Source: an uncultured Verrucomicrobiae bacterium (GTDB taxonomy: Bacteria > Verrucomicrobiota > Verrucomicrobiia > Chthoniobacterales > Terrimicrobiaceae). Taken from it: a DNA stretch of 64,000 nt. Below are positions 53,515-63,372 of this stretch, piece after piece. Under the pieces are notes generated by a model. The model was given only the letters and a program-made list of their open reading frames with translations. It made no database searches and had not been told where the DNA came from. The number at the start of each line of letters is the position of its first letter. The stretch's first letter is position 1. The translations under genes and the position numbers were made by a program. The stretch is from positions 4,411 to 68,410 of the forward strand of contig CAWASQ010000093.1 in NCBI GenBank assembly GCA_963784465.1, read 5' to 3'.

Positions 53515-55224
53515 ATGTCGGACTCTCCCTACACGAAGTTGAGCCGCGAGGAAATGGCGCAAATGGAGGTTGGCAATACCTTGATCTCCCGACCGATGAG
53601 CTTGGTTGTCACCGCGGCCTTCATCCTGACGATTATTAGCGTGCCGGTTGTTCAGCATATCGTCGAAGTTCGCGCGGGCTTCGCGGAGGGCGGACGATGG
53701 GTATTGCCGTCTGTTTATGAGATTTTCAAATACCCTCGTCAGGCTTGGAAGGCTTTGGTGAGCTCAGGAGATGGCGATCTCGTCAGCCGCCTGAGTGAGG
53801 CAAACGGAGTTCTCATGCGCGGTTTCAAGACCTACGAGGAAGCGCTTGAAAGCGACTCGTTCATTGCTCAGGCAACTCTTCCTCGTGTTCAGGCGTTTAC
53901 CGCGGAATTTCTTGGCCTGGGCAACGAGCAAGTCCTTCTCGGGCGCAAGCGCTGGTTGTTTTACGAGCCGGACGTCGCCTATCTCACGGGGCCGGGATTT
54001 CTTGATTCTTCCTTCCTGAGGAACCGGGCGCGCAACGGAGACCCCGGCGGCTCCGTTCAACCCGATCCACTCAAGGCAATCGTCGAGTTCCGCGACCAAC
54101 TCAAGAGCAGGGCCATTCATCTGGTCATTATGCCGATTCCGGTCAAACCGATGATCGAGCCGGAGTTTTTGTCACCCTCCTATGGCACGTCGCCCTCGCT
54201 CCCCATAGAGAATCCTTCTTACCGGACGTTTCTAAAGAGCCTGGACAAGCTGCAGATAGATTATCTCGACGTTTCGCACAGCCTGGCCGAAAACAAGCGA
54301 CTGACCGGGCTTTCCCAGTTTTTGCGCACAGATACGCATTGGACGCCGCAAGCGATGCAGCACGCCGTCGCATTGCTGGCTGAGAAGCTTCGCGCGGCCG
54401 GCCTGCCGCGAACCATTGAGCCAATGCGCCTGAACCGCGCGCGCCAGACGATCAAAGGTATCGGCGATATCGTCGCAATGCTTAGACTGCCTCCAACTTC
54501 CCACCTTTATCCAAAGGAGGCTGTGGCGATTCATCCCATCCTTCGGGCGGATGGGTTGCCGTGGTCGCCCGATCCTCGCGCCGACGTGCTCGTATTGGGC
54601 GACAGTTTCTTTAATATCTTCTCTTTGGAAGGAATGGGGTGGGGGGCTTCGGCGGGTTTTGTTGAGCAACTCAGCTACGCTCTTCAGCGTCCGCTTGATG
54701 CGATTATTCGCAACGACGCAGGGGCACTGGCAACTCGTGAACTTCTCGGTCAAGAGCTCGCCCGCGGGAACGATCGTTTGAGTGGAAAGAGAGTCGTCGT
54801 GTGGGAGTTTGCCGTGCGAGAGCTGGCAACGGGCAATTGGGACTTTGTAACCCTCAAGACCCCCGCGAAAGGCGCAACGGATTTCCTTGTTCTGCAAGCC
54901 GGCGAACAACGGATGTTTCGAGCCACGGTGAAGAGCTTCGGAGCTTTCCCGCGTCCAGGGCTGACGCCCTACAAAGACTATCTCACCGCGTTTCATCTCA
55001 CGGGCATCGAGGGGGACTCGAAGCGGGAAGCAATCGTGTATCTGCTCACCATGAAGGACCAGCAACTGACGCCCGCGGCACAGTTGCGCGCGGGCGACAC
55101 GGTTTCCATTCTGCTGACCAGCTGGACGGATGCTGAGTCGCAATATGGCGGCATCAATCGCAGCGAGCTCGAGGACGAGAAACTCATGCTCGAAGAGCCA
55201 AACTTCGGAAAACTGGAAAGATGA
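53515..55224 (+). CDS. AlgJ/AlgX-like (SGNH-like) O-acetylation accessory protein
   Basis: N-terminal TM anchor. LRTDTHWTPQAM motif and later LVLGDSFFNIF. Confidence 0.65.
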   Translation: MSDSPYTKLSREEMAQMEVGNTLISRPMSLVVTAAFILTIISVPVVQHIVEVRAGFAEGGRWVLPSVYEIFKYPRQAWKALVSSGDGDLVSRLSEANGVLMRGFKTYEEALESDSFIAQATLPRVQAFTAEFLGLGNEQVLLGRKRWLFYEPDVAYLTGPGFLDSSFLRNRARNGDPGGSVQPDPLKAIVEFRDQLKSRAIHLVIMPIPVKPMIEPEFLSPSYGTSPSLPIENPSYRTFLKSLDKLQIDYLDVSHSLAENKRLTGLSQFLRTDTHWTPQAMQHAVALLAEKLRAAGLPRTIEPMRLNRARQTIKGIGDIVAMLRLPPTSHLYPKEAVAIHPILRADGLPWSPDPRADVLVLGDSFFNIFSLEGMGWGASAGFVEQLSYALQRPLDAIIRNDAGALATRELLGQELARGNDRLSGKRVVVWEFAVRELATGNWDFVTLKTPAKGATDFLVLQAGEQRMFRATVKSFGAFPRPGLTPYKDYLTAFHLTGIEGDSKREAIVYLLTMKDQQLTPAAQLRAGDTVSILLTSWTDAESQYGGINRSELEDEKLMLEEPNFGKLER

Positions 55225-56169
55225 ACAAGCTGTTCCTTTCGGGTTTTCTCGCCGCGCTGGCGACCAGCCAGGCCCTTGAGACCGATGCCATTCTTAAGGA
55301 AAAGCTTGATTCCACGCAGGCGACAGCGATCGAAGGTGCCGAAGGGTGGCGTTTTCTGCCGGCCGAAATCAATCATTTGCTCGCTGGCGATCCCGCGCAG
55401 GATCCGAAAAAGCCGTTTGATGCCATCGTGGATTTTGACCGGCAGCTCAAGAGCCTGAACGTGCGCCTGATCCTCGTCCCGGTTCCGGCTAAAGCCGCTA
55501 TTCATCCCGAATTCCTTGACTCGCGACTCAAGACCGCGGGAATTCCGACGCCGGAAACGGGATTCTACGAGAGCTTGCGCGCCAAGGGCGTCGAGGTCCT
55601 GGATCTGTCGCAGGCTTTTGCGAGCGCCAAAGCGAACGGACCTCTCTATTGTGCAAGAGACACACATTGGAACGGCAGTGCCATCACACTCGCCGCCCGC
55701 GAACTCGGCGGAGTGGTCAAAGGCGTCTCCAAAAAAAACCTCGCGCTGGATGCGAAGGAAGAGACCGTCGAAATTCAGGGCGATCTCGGTGGCGAAACGG
55801 AAAAGGTTACCCTGCAGGCTGGTGCGCCCGCATGGTCAGACTGTTCGCCTCGAACCTGACCGTGGAAGTCCAATTCTGCTTCTAGGCGACAGCCATGTGC
55901 TCGTTTTTCATGAGGGGGGCGATATGCACGCCGCGGGGGCGGGCCTGCCCGACCAACTCGCGTTCGAACTCAGCACACCAATCGACGTCCTTGGAGTCCG
56001 CGGGTCGGGTGCCACATCCGCCCGCCTCAGCCTCGCTCGTCGCGCCCGGGCAAACCCCGACTACCTCGGAGCAAAAAAGGTGATCATCTGGTGCTTCGGC
56101 GCTCGGGAACTCACCCAGGCGGACGCATGGAAGCTGGTCCCGCTCAGTAAAACGCCACAAGCGCAATAG
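55221..56169 (+). pseudogene. second AlgJ-like protein, one frameshift near 55840
   Basis: YCARDTHWNGSAI is in ORF 55221-55859. SPILLLGDSHVLVF...VIIWCFGAREL is in ORF 55516-56169. Confidence 0.6.
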
Positions 56170-56714
56170 TTCGGGCCTTTTGCAGCGATAAATGCTTGGT
56201 GTTACATTTATTGCAGATGTTTCTATTGTAACAGGGTAAAAAGTATTCTTGATTATCAGCGATCGGGCATTTGCAAATGCTTGGGCCGGCTACCGCCGGA
56301 AACGAAAAATGCCGGGAGCTTTGGAGCCAGAAAAACTCTCCACCCCGGCAGACAATTGTCGACTGCCCGAAGCGGGCGACGGTCAGCCATGGGAGCGTGG
56401 CGGAATCGGGAAGACCACGGGATGGAAACCGCTGATTCGTCATCCGAAGAAGGCATCTGCACCATTCTGGAGCATGAATGCGACGATGCCCACAAGAGTC
56501 ACGGCCGCCAAATTCTTTTGTGAAGGTTGGCGCATGAGTGAGGATGCTAGAGCACGGAACGATACGAGCTTTGAGAATGGCCTGTGCCGAATTCAAAGCG
56601 GTTGCACAAAAGGAGGCAAGCCAGAGTGTAAGCGAATAAGTCCCGCCGTCAGTCTCCGACGCGAAGGTCGCCATGAGAGCCGGAGGCTAGCCACACTTTT
56701 GCTTTTCGCCGCGA

Positions 56715-57188
56715 ATGGGGCTTGCTAGCGTCCGCGCCGTGTCAAGTAACCCCGTGTATTCCTTTTTTGCCACCCGGGCCAGCCTCGCGCCCTTTTTTCT
56801 GAGGATGGCGCTTTTCTCCGTGTTTTTTTACCACGGCGTTCAAAAGACGTTTGGCTGGTTCGGCGGCCCTGGCTGGAATAATACGATCTCTCTTTGGACC
56901 AGTGCGGACAATTACGGCGTCCCTTATTTGGTAGCTGCCATTTTTCTCGTTGGAGAGCTTGCCGTATGTCTTGCGCTCTTTTTTGGCTTCCTGACTCGGC
57001 TGGCCGCCTTGGCTGTTGTTGCTGTCATGGGAGGCATTTTGATCTTCATCCAGGACACCTCGACATTCGAAAGCGTTGAGTTTCCGATACTCCTCATCGC
57101 CACCGGCATCTCGTTGATGATTACAGGTGCGGGGTCTTTTTCAATGGATCGCGCTATCAGTGTGAATCTGCTCCCGCAGGTCGGTTAG
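56715..57188 (+). CDS. DoxX family membrane protein
   Basis: FFLRMALFSVFFYHGVQKTFGWFGG...GELAVCLALFFGFLTRLAAL. Confidence 0.8.
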   Translation: MGLASVRAVSSNPVYSFFATRASLAPFFLRMALFSVFFYHGVQKTFGWFGGPGWNNTISLWTSADNYGVPYLVAAIFLVGELAVCLALFFGFLTRLAALAVVAVMGGILIFIQDTSTFESVEFPILLIATGISLMITGAGSFSMDRAISVNLLPQVG

Positions 57189-57244
57189 CGTGGAGACAAT
57201 AGCCGTTGACGGAAGCTCTTCCAGCGCATACTTCTTGGAATGCT

Positions 57245-57315
57245 GCGGGTATAGCTTAATGGCAAAGTTCCTGCCTTCCAAGCAGGCCATGGGAGTTCGA
57301 TTCTCCCTACCCGCT
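57245..57315 (+). tRNA. tRNA-Gly (TCC)
   Basis: GCGGGTA acceptor, anticodon arm CCTGC-CTTCCAA-GCAGG, T-arm GGGAG-TTCGATT-CTCCC, TACCCGC-T. 71 nt. Confidence 0.9.
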
Positions 57316-57426
57316 CGCCAATTCAAGTCCTTGCTCCAGAGCGCGTTGAGCGGTCAGATTCTAGAGCAAAATGAATTTTCTGCCATAAATCAGCGTTTGC
57401 GTCACTTTGCGTCACTTAGGCCGCAA

Positions 57427-57864
57427 ATGCCACGCCCCAAATTCCAGGTTCATAAAGACGGGCCAAAGCGTTATCGCGTGGAAGTTCCCAAGTCGCTCAG
57501 TGTGGAGCGAAAAAGAAAAAGGGCATTTCTTTTCGACGGAGGCGAAAGCAGAGGCCTTCCTGCGGGCCTTTAAAGCCCAGTTGCGTGACCTTGGAACGTC
57601 AGTGAGGATCTGAAGCCGGTTGACTCCATTGACGCCAATGAGGCGATTCAACTACTGAAGCGTCACGCCGGGTCATGGCATCCGGCGTCCAAAGCTTCTC
57701 GACATCGCCGACGAATGGATTGACCGCTGGAATGAGCGGCACCGGTCGGTTTCGCTGGTCAAACTTTTCGATGAGTATCTGGGGACTCGTTCTCAAGATT
57801 CGCAGAAACATCAGCAGTCTTTGCGGTACACGGTGAGTGACTTATGGAAGCACTTGCGATTCTA
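57427..57864 (+). pseudogene. tyrosine integrase N-terminal remnant (frameshifted, truncated)
   Basis: MPRPKFQVHKDGPKRYRVEVPKSL... The pieces FFSTEAKAEAFLRAFKAQL and LLDIADEWIDRWNERHRSVSLVKLFDEYL lie in shifting frames. No catalytic domain. It sits immediately 3' of tRNA-Gly. Confidence 0.45.
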
Positions 57865-58026
57865 GCCAAGCAACTCGGCAAAAGCGTTGAGGAAGTCACT
57901 GCTGAAATCGAAGCCTCATGCGGGGCGATTGAAATCGCAACGAAAACTAAGGCGCGAAAAAGAAAGAGGAGGAGCAACCGCACAAGCCGCATCTCAAGTT
58001 GGCTTTAACAAAAAGCAAAAACAAGA

Positions 58027-58053
58027 AGCCCCGCGCAAGCGGGGCTCTTTTTT
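58027..58053 (+). terminator. rho-independent terminator
   Basis: AGCCCCGC-GCAA-GCGGGGCT followed by C and T6. It follows a 54-codon ORF (57844-58008). Confidence 0.6.
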
Positions 58054-58185
58054 GTGGCTCCAGCATGCCCCAGGAGGGCTTTCTAGTCCCTCAGGCTATG
58101 GCAGGATTGCCAGCAAAACAAAGGCCACCAGCGGCTCCACAGCGCACCAGACTGCTTGGTTGTAGTTCGAGATTCCAAAGCAAGA

Positions 58186-58214
58186 GCCCCGCTAACAAAG
58201 CGGGGTTTCTTTTT
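58186..58214 (+). terminator. second terminator-like hairpin of similar sequence
   Basis: GCCCCGC-TAACAAA-GCGGGG followed by TTTCTTTTT. Confidence 0.5.
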
Positions 58215-58400
58215 GGCTCTTTGAGGGTCGGAAGTCCATGCCCTCAGAATGCTGGACGAGTAGCCTCTACCATTCCTTTTTATATAAGTTCCTTCACAAA
58301 CTTTGATTTGCTGTTCGTGGTATCAACGCCGGACGGGATGGCATGACCCCCAAAAGGGGGACGTGACATAAGTGGAGTTCTGCTCAAAAAGGAGCAGAAC

Positions 58401-58671
58401 ATGAAGAGGAGTCGATTCAGCGAAGAAGAGATGATTGGGATCTTGCGGGAGGCGAGAGGCCGGGAGTCCGATCAAGGCGGTTGTGCGGCGCATAATATCA
58501 GTGACGGCGACCTACCACGCGTGGAAGAGGAAGTTTGGAGGGCATGGAAGTGAGCGAAGCGCGAGAGGCTGCAGAGCATTGGAAGAAGAGAACTCGCGGC
58601 TCAAGCGATTGGTGGCCGACCAGGCCGTGCAGATTCACATTCTCAAAGAGGTCAACGCAAAAAAGTGGTGA
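58401..58671 (+). pseudogene. IS3 orfA (HTH), extra frameshifts
   Basis: MKRSRFSEEEMIGILREA..., FGGMEVSEAR and EEENSRLKRLVADQAVQIHILKEVNAKKW lie in different frames. Confidence 0.7.
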
Positions 58672-59632
58672 GCCCGTCTGCAAGACGACGGGCGGTGAAG
58701 ATGAGTGTGGAAGAAGGCATTGGAAAAGTGGCGGCGGCCTGTCGGGCGCTGGGACTCTCGAGATCGAGTTATTATCGCAGCGGCCGGGCGAGCTGTGGAG
58801 AAGCCGGCGGGTCCGCAAGGAGGTCGTGGAGCTCAGCGGCAAGCATCCTCGGTATGGCTATCGGCGCATTACCGCTTTACTGAGGCGGGAAGGCTTCGAG
58901 GTCAACGCCAAGCGCGTGGCGCGGATCCGACGCGAAGAAGGGCTTAAGGTCAGCAAACGCCAGCGTCGGATGCGCCGGCTAGGGATCTCGACCGCAGAGC
59001 GACAGCGCGCTGAGCGGCCAGGCCAGGTTTGGAGCTGGGACTTCGTGGCTGATCAGACAGAAAATGGCAGCAGCTTTCGCATCCTTACCTTGCTGGACGA
59101 ACACACCCGGCAATGCCTGGCGATTCATCCTGCGTGGTCGATCCGAGCCCTCGATGTGATCACGGTGGTCGAAGCAGCCATCGCCCGCTATGGAGTGCCC
59201 GAGCACCTGCGCAGCGACAACGGGCCCGAGTTTATCGCCTCCTGCATGCAGGACTGGCTGAGGGCCCAGGAGATCAAGACGCTTTACATCAAGCCCGGAA
59301 GCCCTAGGGAGAACGGACACATTGAGAGCTTTCATGACAAGCTGCGCGATGAATGCCTCAACCGCGAACTCTTCGGCAATCTGCACGAAGCGTGCGTTAT
59401 CCTGGAAAGCTGGCGCGTCGAATATAACGAGCGTCGTCCGCACAGCTCGCTTGGCTATCGCACCCCGAGCGAGTATGCCGGGAGCAGGACGAACCGGTTT
59501 GATGGGGGCTGCGCGCCCCCAAACCCCGCGCCGCTCGCCGCGGCAGGCGTTCGGGGGGAACTCATCAAGGCCACAAGGTGGCAAACAAACAAAAACCAAA
59601 ACACTAAGGAACCCGCAGAACTTCAGTTATGA
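58665..59632 (+). pseudogene. IS3 orfB (DDE integrase-like), one extra frameshift near 58790
   Basis: The -1 frame after the slippery site gives VSPSARRRAVKMSVEEG...SSYYR. HPRYGYRRITALL...WSWDFV...LRSDNGPEFI...ENGHIESFHDKLRDE...RRPHSSLGYRTP follows in ORF 58535-59632. Confidence 0.75.
59492..59562. repeat. GC-rich structured repeat, copy 1 (inside the IS3 3' region)
   Basis: AACCGGTTTGATGGGGGCTGCGCGCCCCCAAACCCCGCGCCGCTCGCCGCGGCAGGCGTTCGGGGGGAACT. Contains hairpins GGGGGC/GCCCCC and GCCGC/GCGGC. Confidence 0.8.
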
Positions 59633-59813
59633 AGTGTCGCATCTACGGGTTCATGCCAGGGGAGTCCCGCGTAATCTTACAAATATGACAAAACACAAAT
59701 ACACAGAACTGGTCTGCGCAGAACCACGGAACAAGGCAGCACTGTACACGTTTTGAGATTGCACGCTGAGTGTTGGTCACTCATACTGTTGCATTGTTAC
59801 ACACACCAATGCT

Positions 59814-60116
59814 ATGGAACTAATCTATATTACCAGCCAAAAAACATATTATAATCTAGCCCGTCTACTCAGAATGCAATACCAACCAAGTAAAGATGAG
59901 ATATTGGAAGGTCAGATCCTAAATTTGGAAGGCGGTCGACATTTTGATGATAGAAAACGCACCGGTAGGTTTACATCTACTTCACACTTAGACCTAACAT
60001 TCAGTACCGAGCCTCCTGATGTTGTTCATCTTACAGGTGAGGAAGCCGATAAAGTCTATGAGAACATAATAAGCATGTCTCCACTTACTGAGGGTCACCA
60101 AAGCATCGCCCGCTGA
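59814..60116 (+). CDS. hypothetical protein in an AT-rich patch
   Basis: 100-aa ORF. My hand count of line 59821-59880 gives 19/60 G+C. No motif recognised. Confidence 0.3.
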   Translation: MELIYITSQKTYYNLARLLRMQYQPSKDEILEGQILNLEGGRHFDDRKRTGRFTSTSHLDLTFSTEPPDVVHLTGEEADKVYENIISMSPLTEGHQSIAR

Positions 60117-60392
60117 GACCAAGCAAAGGTAAAGGAAACAGAGTGGTTTTCGTCCTAGGAGTTGACAAGGGTCAAATATGCCCAAGACTTCTATGACTCG
60201 CATGTGGAAGCAGAACGTTCGAAGATGGACCTAATAAACTTTGCAGTCGAACGTGCAATTGATCCGCAACGTTTTGCGTTTCTACTCCGCGAGGCTGGCT
60301 TTGACGAGAGGACGTGGCCGATTTGACTGCAGAATGCAAGCGGATTCTTAGCAATCGTCCAGGCCAAGCCTGAACAAGCAAGTCAGAAGGTC

Positions 60393-60423
60393 GGCAGGCT
60401 AACACTGTCTGCCTTTTGGGTTT
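60393..60423 (+). terminator. terminator-like hairpin
   Basis: GGCAG-N11-CTGCC followed by TTTTGGGTTT. Confidence 0.45.
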
Positions 60424-60601
60424 CTACGAATTCTTGAGACGAGGGTCCTTCGTGCCAGTTTTCTGTTCCTGCGAAGTCTGCCAGACGCTTACCAGGCGCT
60501 TGTTGCCATCTTCGTCTCCTAAGCCTTTGAATGTGCCCCAATTTATGACAGACGCGATACTTATAATGTTTACAATATGAACCTTATAAGCATCGACACC
60601 C

Positions 60602-60928
60602 ATGATGCTCTCCTCATCCAAGGAGCTCAGGCCGTTTTGCATGGGCCGCGCCACGGCCCTGGGCCAATGGGGCTGGAAACTCTTTGCCCGAAAAGGCAAC
60701 CGCAATGTCGCCGTCGCTGCCCTGGCCCGCAAGCTCCTGGTCCAAGTCTGGCACGTGCTCTCGGGCAACCCGCCCACCGCCTTGGAAACCGACAAAAGCG
60801 TCACTCTCAAACTCCACAAGCTCGCCCTGGCATTGGGCGCGCCTCGGCGTCGCCAGCTCCAGCTTGGTGACACCCTGCTCACTTGCATTCACACGCTTCG
60901 AAGCAGAGCCCTTCAACCTGCGCCATGA
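60602..60928 (+). pseudogene. IS110-family transposase, extreme C-terminal fragment
   Basis: LFARKGNRNVAVAALARKLLVQVWHVLSG matches the conserved C-terminal tail. Nothing upstream matches the catalytic domain. Confidence 0.6.
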
Positions 60929-60947
60929 AAATGAGCCCACCAAGACA

Positions 60948-61024
60948 AACCGGTTTAATTAATAGGGGGGCTGTGCGCCCCCAAACCCCGCACCGCTTGC
61001 CGCGGCAGGCGTTCGGGGGGAACT
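60948..61024. repeat. GC-rich structured repeat, copy 2
   Basis: AACCGGTTTAATTAATAGGGGGGCTGTGCGCCCCCAAACCCCGCACCGCTTGCCGCGGCAGGCGTTCGGGGGGAACT. It differs from copy 1 by a 6-bp insertion and a few substitutions. Confidence 0.8.
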
Positions 61025-61189
61025 TCCAGTATGGCTTGGCTGCGGCAAGCACTGGGAAAACAACGCACCTCAACTTTTTCTTGGATGACTACATGCCCTC
61101 CGTGAAACCAACCACGCAGGAGAGCGCGCCGTTGAGGCACGAATATCGCAATTCACTTGGCCAGAGTGCTCGAAAAAGACGAAAGGCAT

Positions 61190-62065
61190 TCAGGCAAAGC
61201 CCATAGCGGTTTTAAGACGAAGAGCCGCCTTTGGCGCGTAAAGCGAGTAGTTGTTATTGAAGGCAACATGGATTTCTTCGGTTTCCTCAGCCAAATTGCG
61301 AACGCGAGTTGCTACGCCTGCTATCTCGTCATCTGAGTAGTCATAGTTGAAACGCTCGGCCACGCTTTTGCCTGCGATGTAGCCACGTTCGTTCCGGCCA
61401 TGCAGGCGAAGGTAGGAGAGCTTCGGGCTAGTGACCAGGTTCTCTTTCTGCATTACTGTAAAATGGTCACTGTCCGGCGCGTCAACAAGGACAAGCGGTA
61501 ACCGTTTGCCGTGAAAAAAGGCCAGGGTTTCTTCACGATGCGGCGCCACGAGCCAATTCCGATTGCGCAATTCAATTGCGAGCCGCTCATCATGAAAAAG
61601 CGAAGCGAGTTGCTCGAGTTCGTCGAGCTTGTGTTTCCGCGGTGAAAAGGAAGGGCTGAGCTGCAGGAGAAAAGCCCTCTCTAGCTTCCCAGCCTCCCGC
61701 AGCGGTTCAACCTCCGCGAGAATTCTGCCGGCGACAAGGCGCTCCAACTCGGGCGTGAGAATCAGATTCCCCCGAGGGTTGGTTTCTGCTTCGCGTCGGA
61801 TATCAGGGGGGAGCGATGTAGCTTTCACAGCGTGGCGCGAAAGCAGTCCATGAAGCTTGACGTCGAAAAGGAAGCTTGAAGGCGTTTCGGAGTTCCACCG
61901 ATCTACGACTCTCTTAACCGGAACCGCGTAGAAGGTCGAGTTAACCTCGACGTAATCGAAATGCTCCGCATACCAACTGAGGCGAGCAGAAGCAGGAAGC
62001 TTTGGTGGATACCAGTCCCTCACGAATTCAGGATCTGCCCAACTTGATGTGCCAATTCGAATCAT
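61190..62065 (-). CDS. DUF72 (YecE-like) family protein
   Basis: MIRIGTSSWADPEFVRDWYPPKL...YAEHFDYVEVNSTFY...YLRLHGRN...AFNNN. Confidence 0.85.
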   Translation of the reverse strand: MIRIGTSSWADPEFVRDWYPPKLPASARLSWYAEHFDYVEVNSTFYAVPVKRVVDRWNSETPSSFLFDVKLHGLLSRHAVKATSLPPDIRREAETNPRGNLILTPELERLVAGRILAEVEPLREAGKLERAFLLQLSPSFSPRKHKLDELEQLASLFHDERLAIELRNRNWLVAPHREETLAFFHGKRLPLVLVDAPDSDHFTVMQKENLVTSPKLSYLRLHGRNERGYIAGKSVAERFNYDYSDDEIAGVATRVRNLAEETEEIHVAFNNNYSLYAPKAALRLKTAMGFA

Positions 62066-62584
62066 GTGAAACTAATCTACACTCCTTGATTGCGTTGCCG
62101 CCGCAGCGACCGTAATGGCCATTGTCGGACGTGAAAACATTTGCCCAACGGTCAGACGCCGACGTAGCCGTCACTCTGTGTCAGTTAGGCCACCTCTCGG
62201 AAGTCATTTGCGAAAAGCGTGCGCCAGAGGTGAGAGTTGATCAAGATTGTTAGCGCCTGACATTGGGAGCACACTCGTCCCCGGGTCTGGTGCCCGGCGT
62301 CCCACGCCCGGCACCATTGCCGATTGTCTCACAGAGGCAAGGAAGGGTTAGACAAAGCATCATTCTTATCGCGAAGACCACGGCCGCGATTTCAGCAGCC
62401 TCATCACGAAAGCGGTCCGGCGAGGACGCCGGACAAGTACACGCGAGGACGCGTGTGCTCCCCAATCCCGGGGCGCGGTGCTAGTAAGGCGATCTGTAAA
62501 AATCTGCCACCTTCCAGCGATCTGACTCGAAAATTTTGCATGTCCGATCGCAACGGTAAGTTTGGCGGCGAAGCCGCGTCGATT

Positions 62585-63106
62585 TTATGCGGCTGGGGAG
62601 ATCGGAGTAATTTGAACTTGATAGCCGAGGTTCTCAATACGGGTGGTCAGACGGTGGAGCAGTTTGAGAGGATTGAGTTTGTCGAAGAAGTCCGCGCCAA
62701 GTTCGTGACAGGCGGTTTTGAATTTGAGCAGGTGATAGATGGCGATGGCTATGGGCCACAGCAAGCAGGGCCTTCTTTTTGCCGCGCCGGGCCGTAAGGC
62801 GCCGGTATTGGGAGCCGTAGTAACTCTCTTTCTTGCGCACGGCACCATGAGCGGCTTCCACTAAGGCGGCTCGCAGGGAACGATTGCCTTTACAGGTCTT
62901 GCCGCTTTTGCGCTTGCCGGCGCTTTCATTTTGGCCCGGACACACGCCGATCCAAGAGGCAAAGTGATGCTGGTGCGGAAGCGATTTATCTCGGTGCCGG
63001 CCTCGGCGACGATCACTTCGGCTATGGCGGCGTTGACTACGATCAGCTCGAAGTGGCCCTCCTGCAGATTGTAGATCGGCATCCAATAGTTGTCCGTGGC
63101 TTCCAT
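62585..63106 (-). pseudogene. IS110-family transposase relic (N-terminal loss, internal deletion, frameshift)
   Basis: MEATDNYWMPIYNLQEGHFELIVVNAA joins directly to IAEVIVAEAGTEINRF, then FASWIGVCPGQNESAGKRKSGKTCKGNRSLRAALVEAAHGAV. The tail IAIAIYHLLKF... is in another frame (ORF 62585-62848). Confidence 0.7.
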
Positions 63107-63372
63107 CGAAACTTTTCACGCCCCATGCATATCTTTAGCAGCGATGTTCTGGATATTGTGCTGGTGGCAAACAAAGCTGAAACCTCCATATTATTACCTA
63201 GGACGTAGCGAGCGACCTCATACCGCCGAGGTGAACTGGGTGGGTGTGTCTGCGTGCTGCGGAGTTCCGGGCGGCAGCACGGGGCGTTCTCCGCGGGGAA
63301 GGATCCGGGGATGCCTTCTCCGCTCATTCGGGTGTAGGCTTTAGGTCTGAGTCAACGACGAGGAGGTCAATC

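Larger units (their letters stand above)
58344..59653 (+). mobile_element. IS3-family insertion sequence, degenerate copy
   Basis: Ends TGACCCCC... and ...CGGGTTCA with imperfect terminal inverted repeats (GCAGAACT core shared). OrfA/orfB architecture with an A AAA AAG slippery site at 58659-58665. Confidence 0.75.

Noticed and set aside
56144-56674. 176-aa minus-strand ORF and overlapping ORFs in the gap before DoxX
   Set aside because: The sequence is Cys/Arg-rich with no motif and has competing frames. It could hide a small membrane peptide, but I cannot support any call.
62324-62797. 157-aa plus-strand ORF
   Set aside because: Its 3' half is antisense to the IS110 relic and its 5' half is low-complexity. 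Likely spurious.
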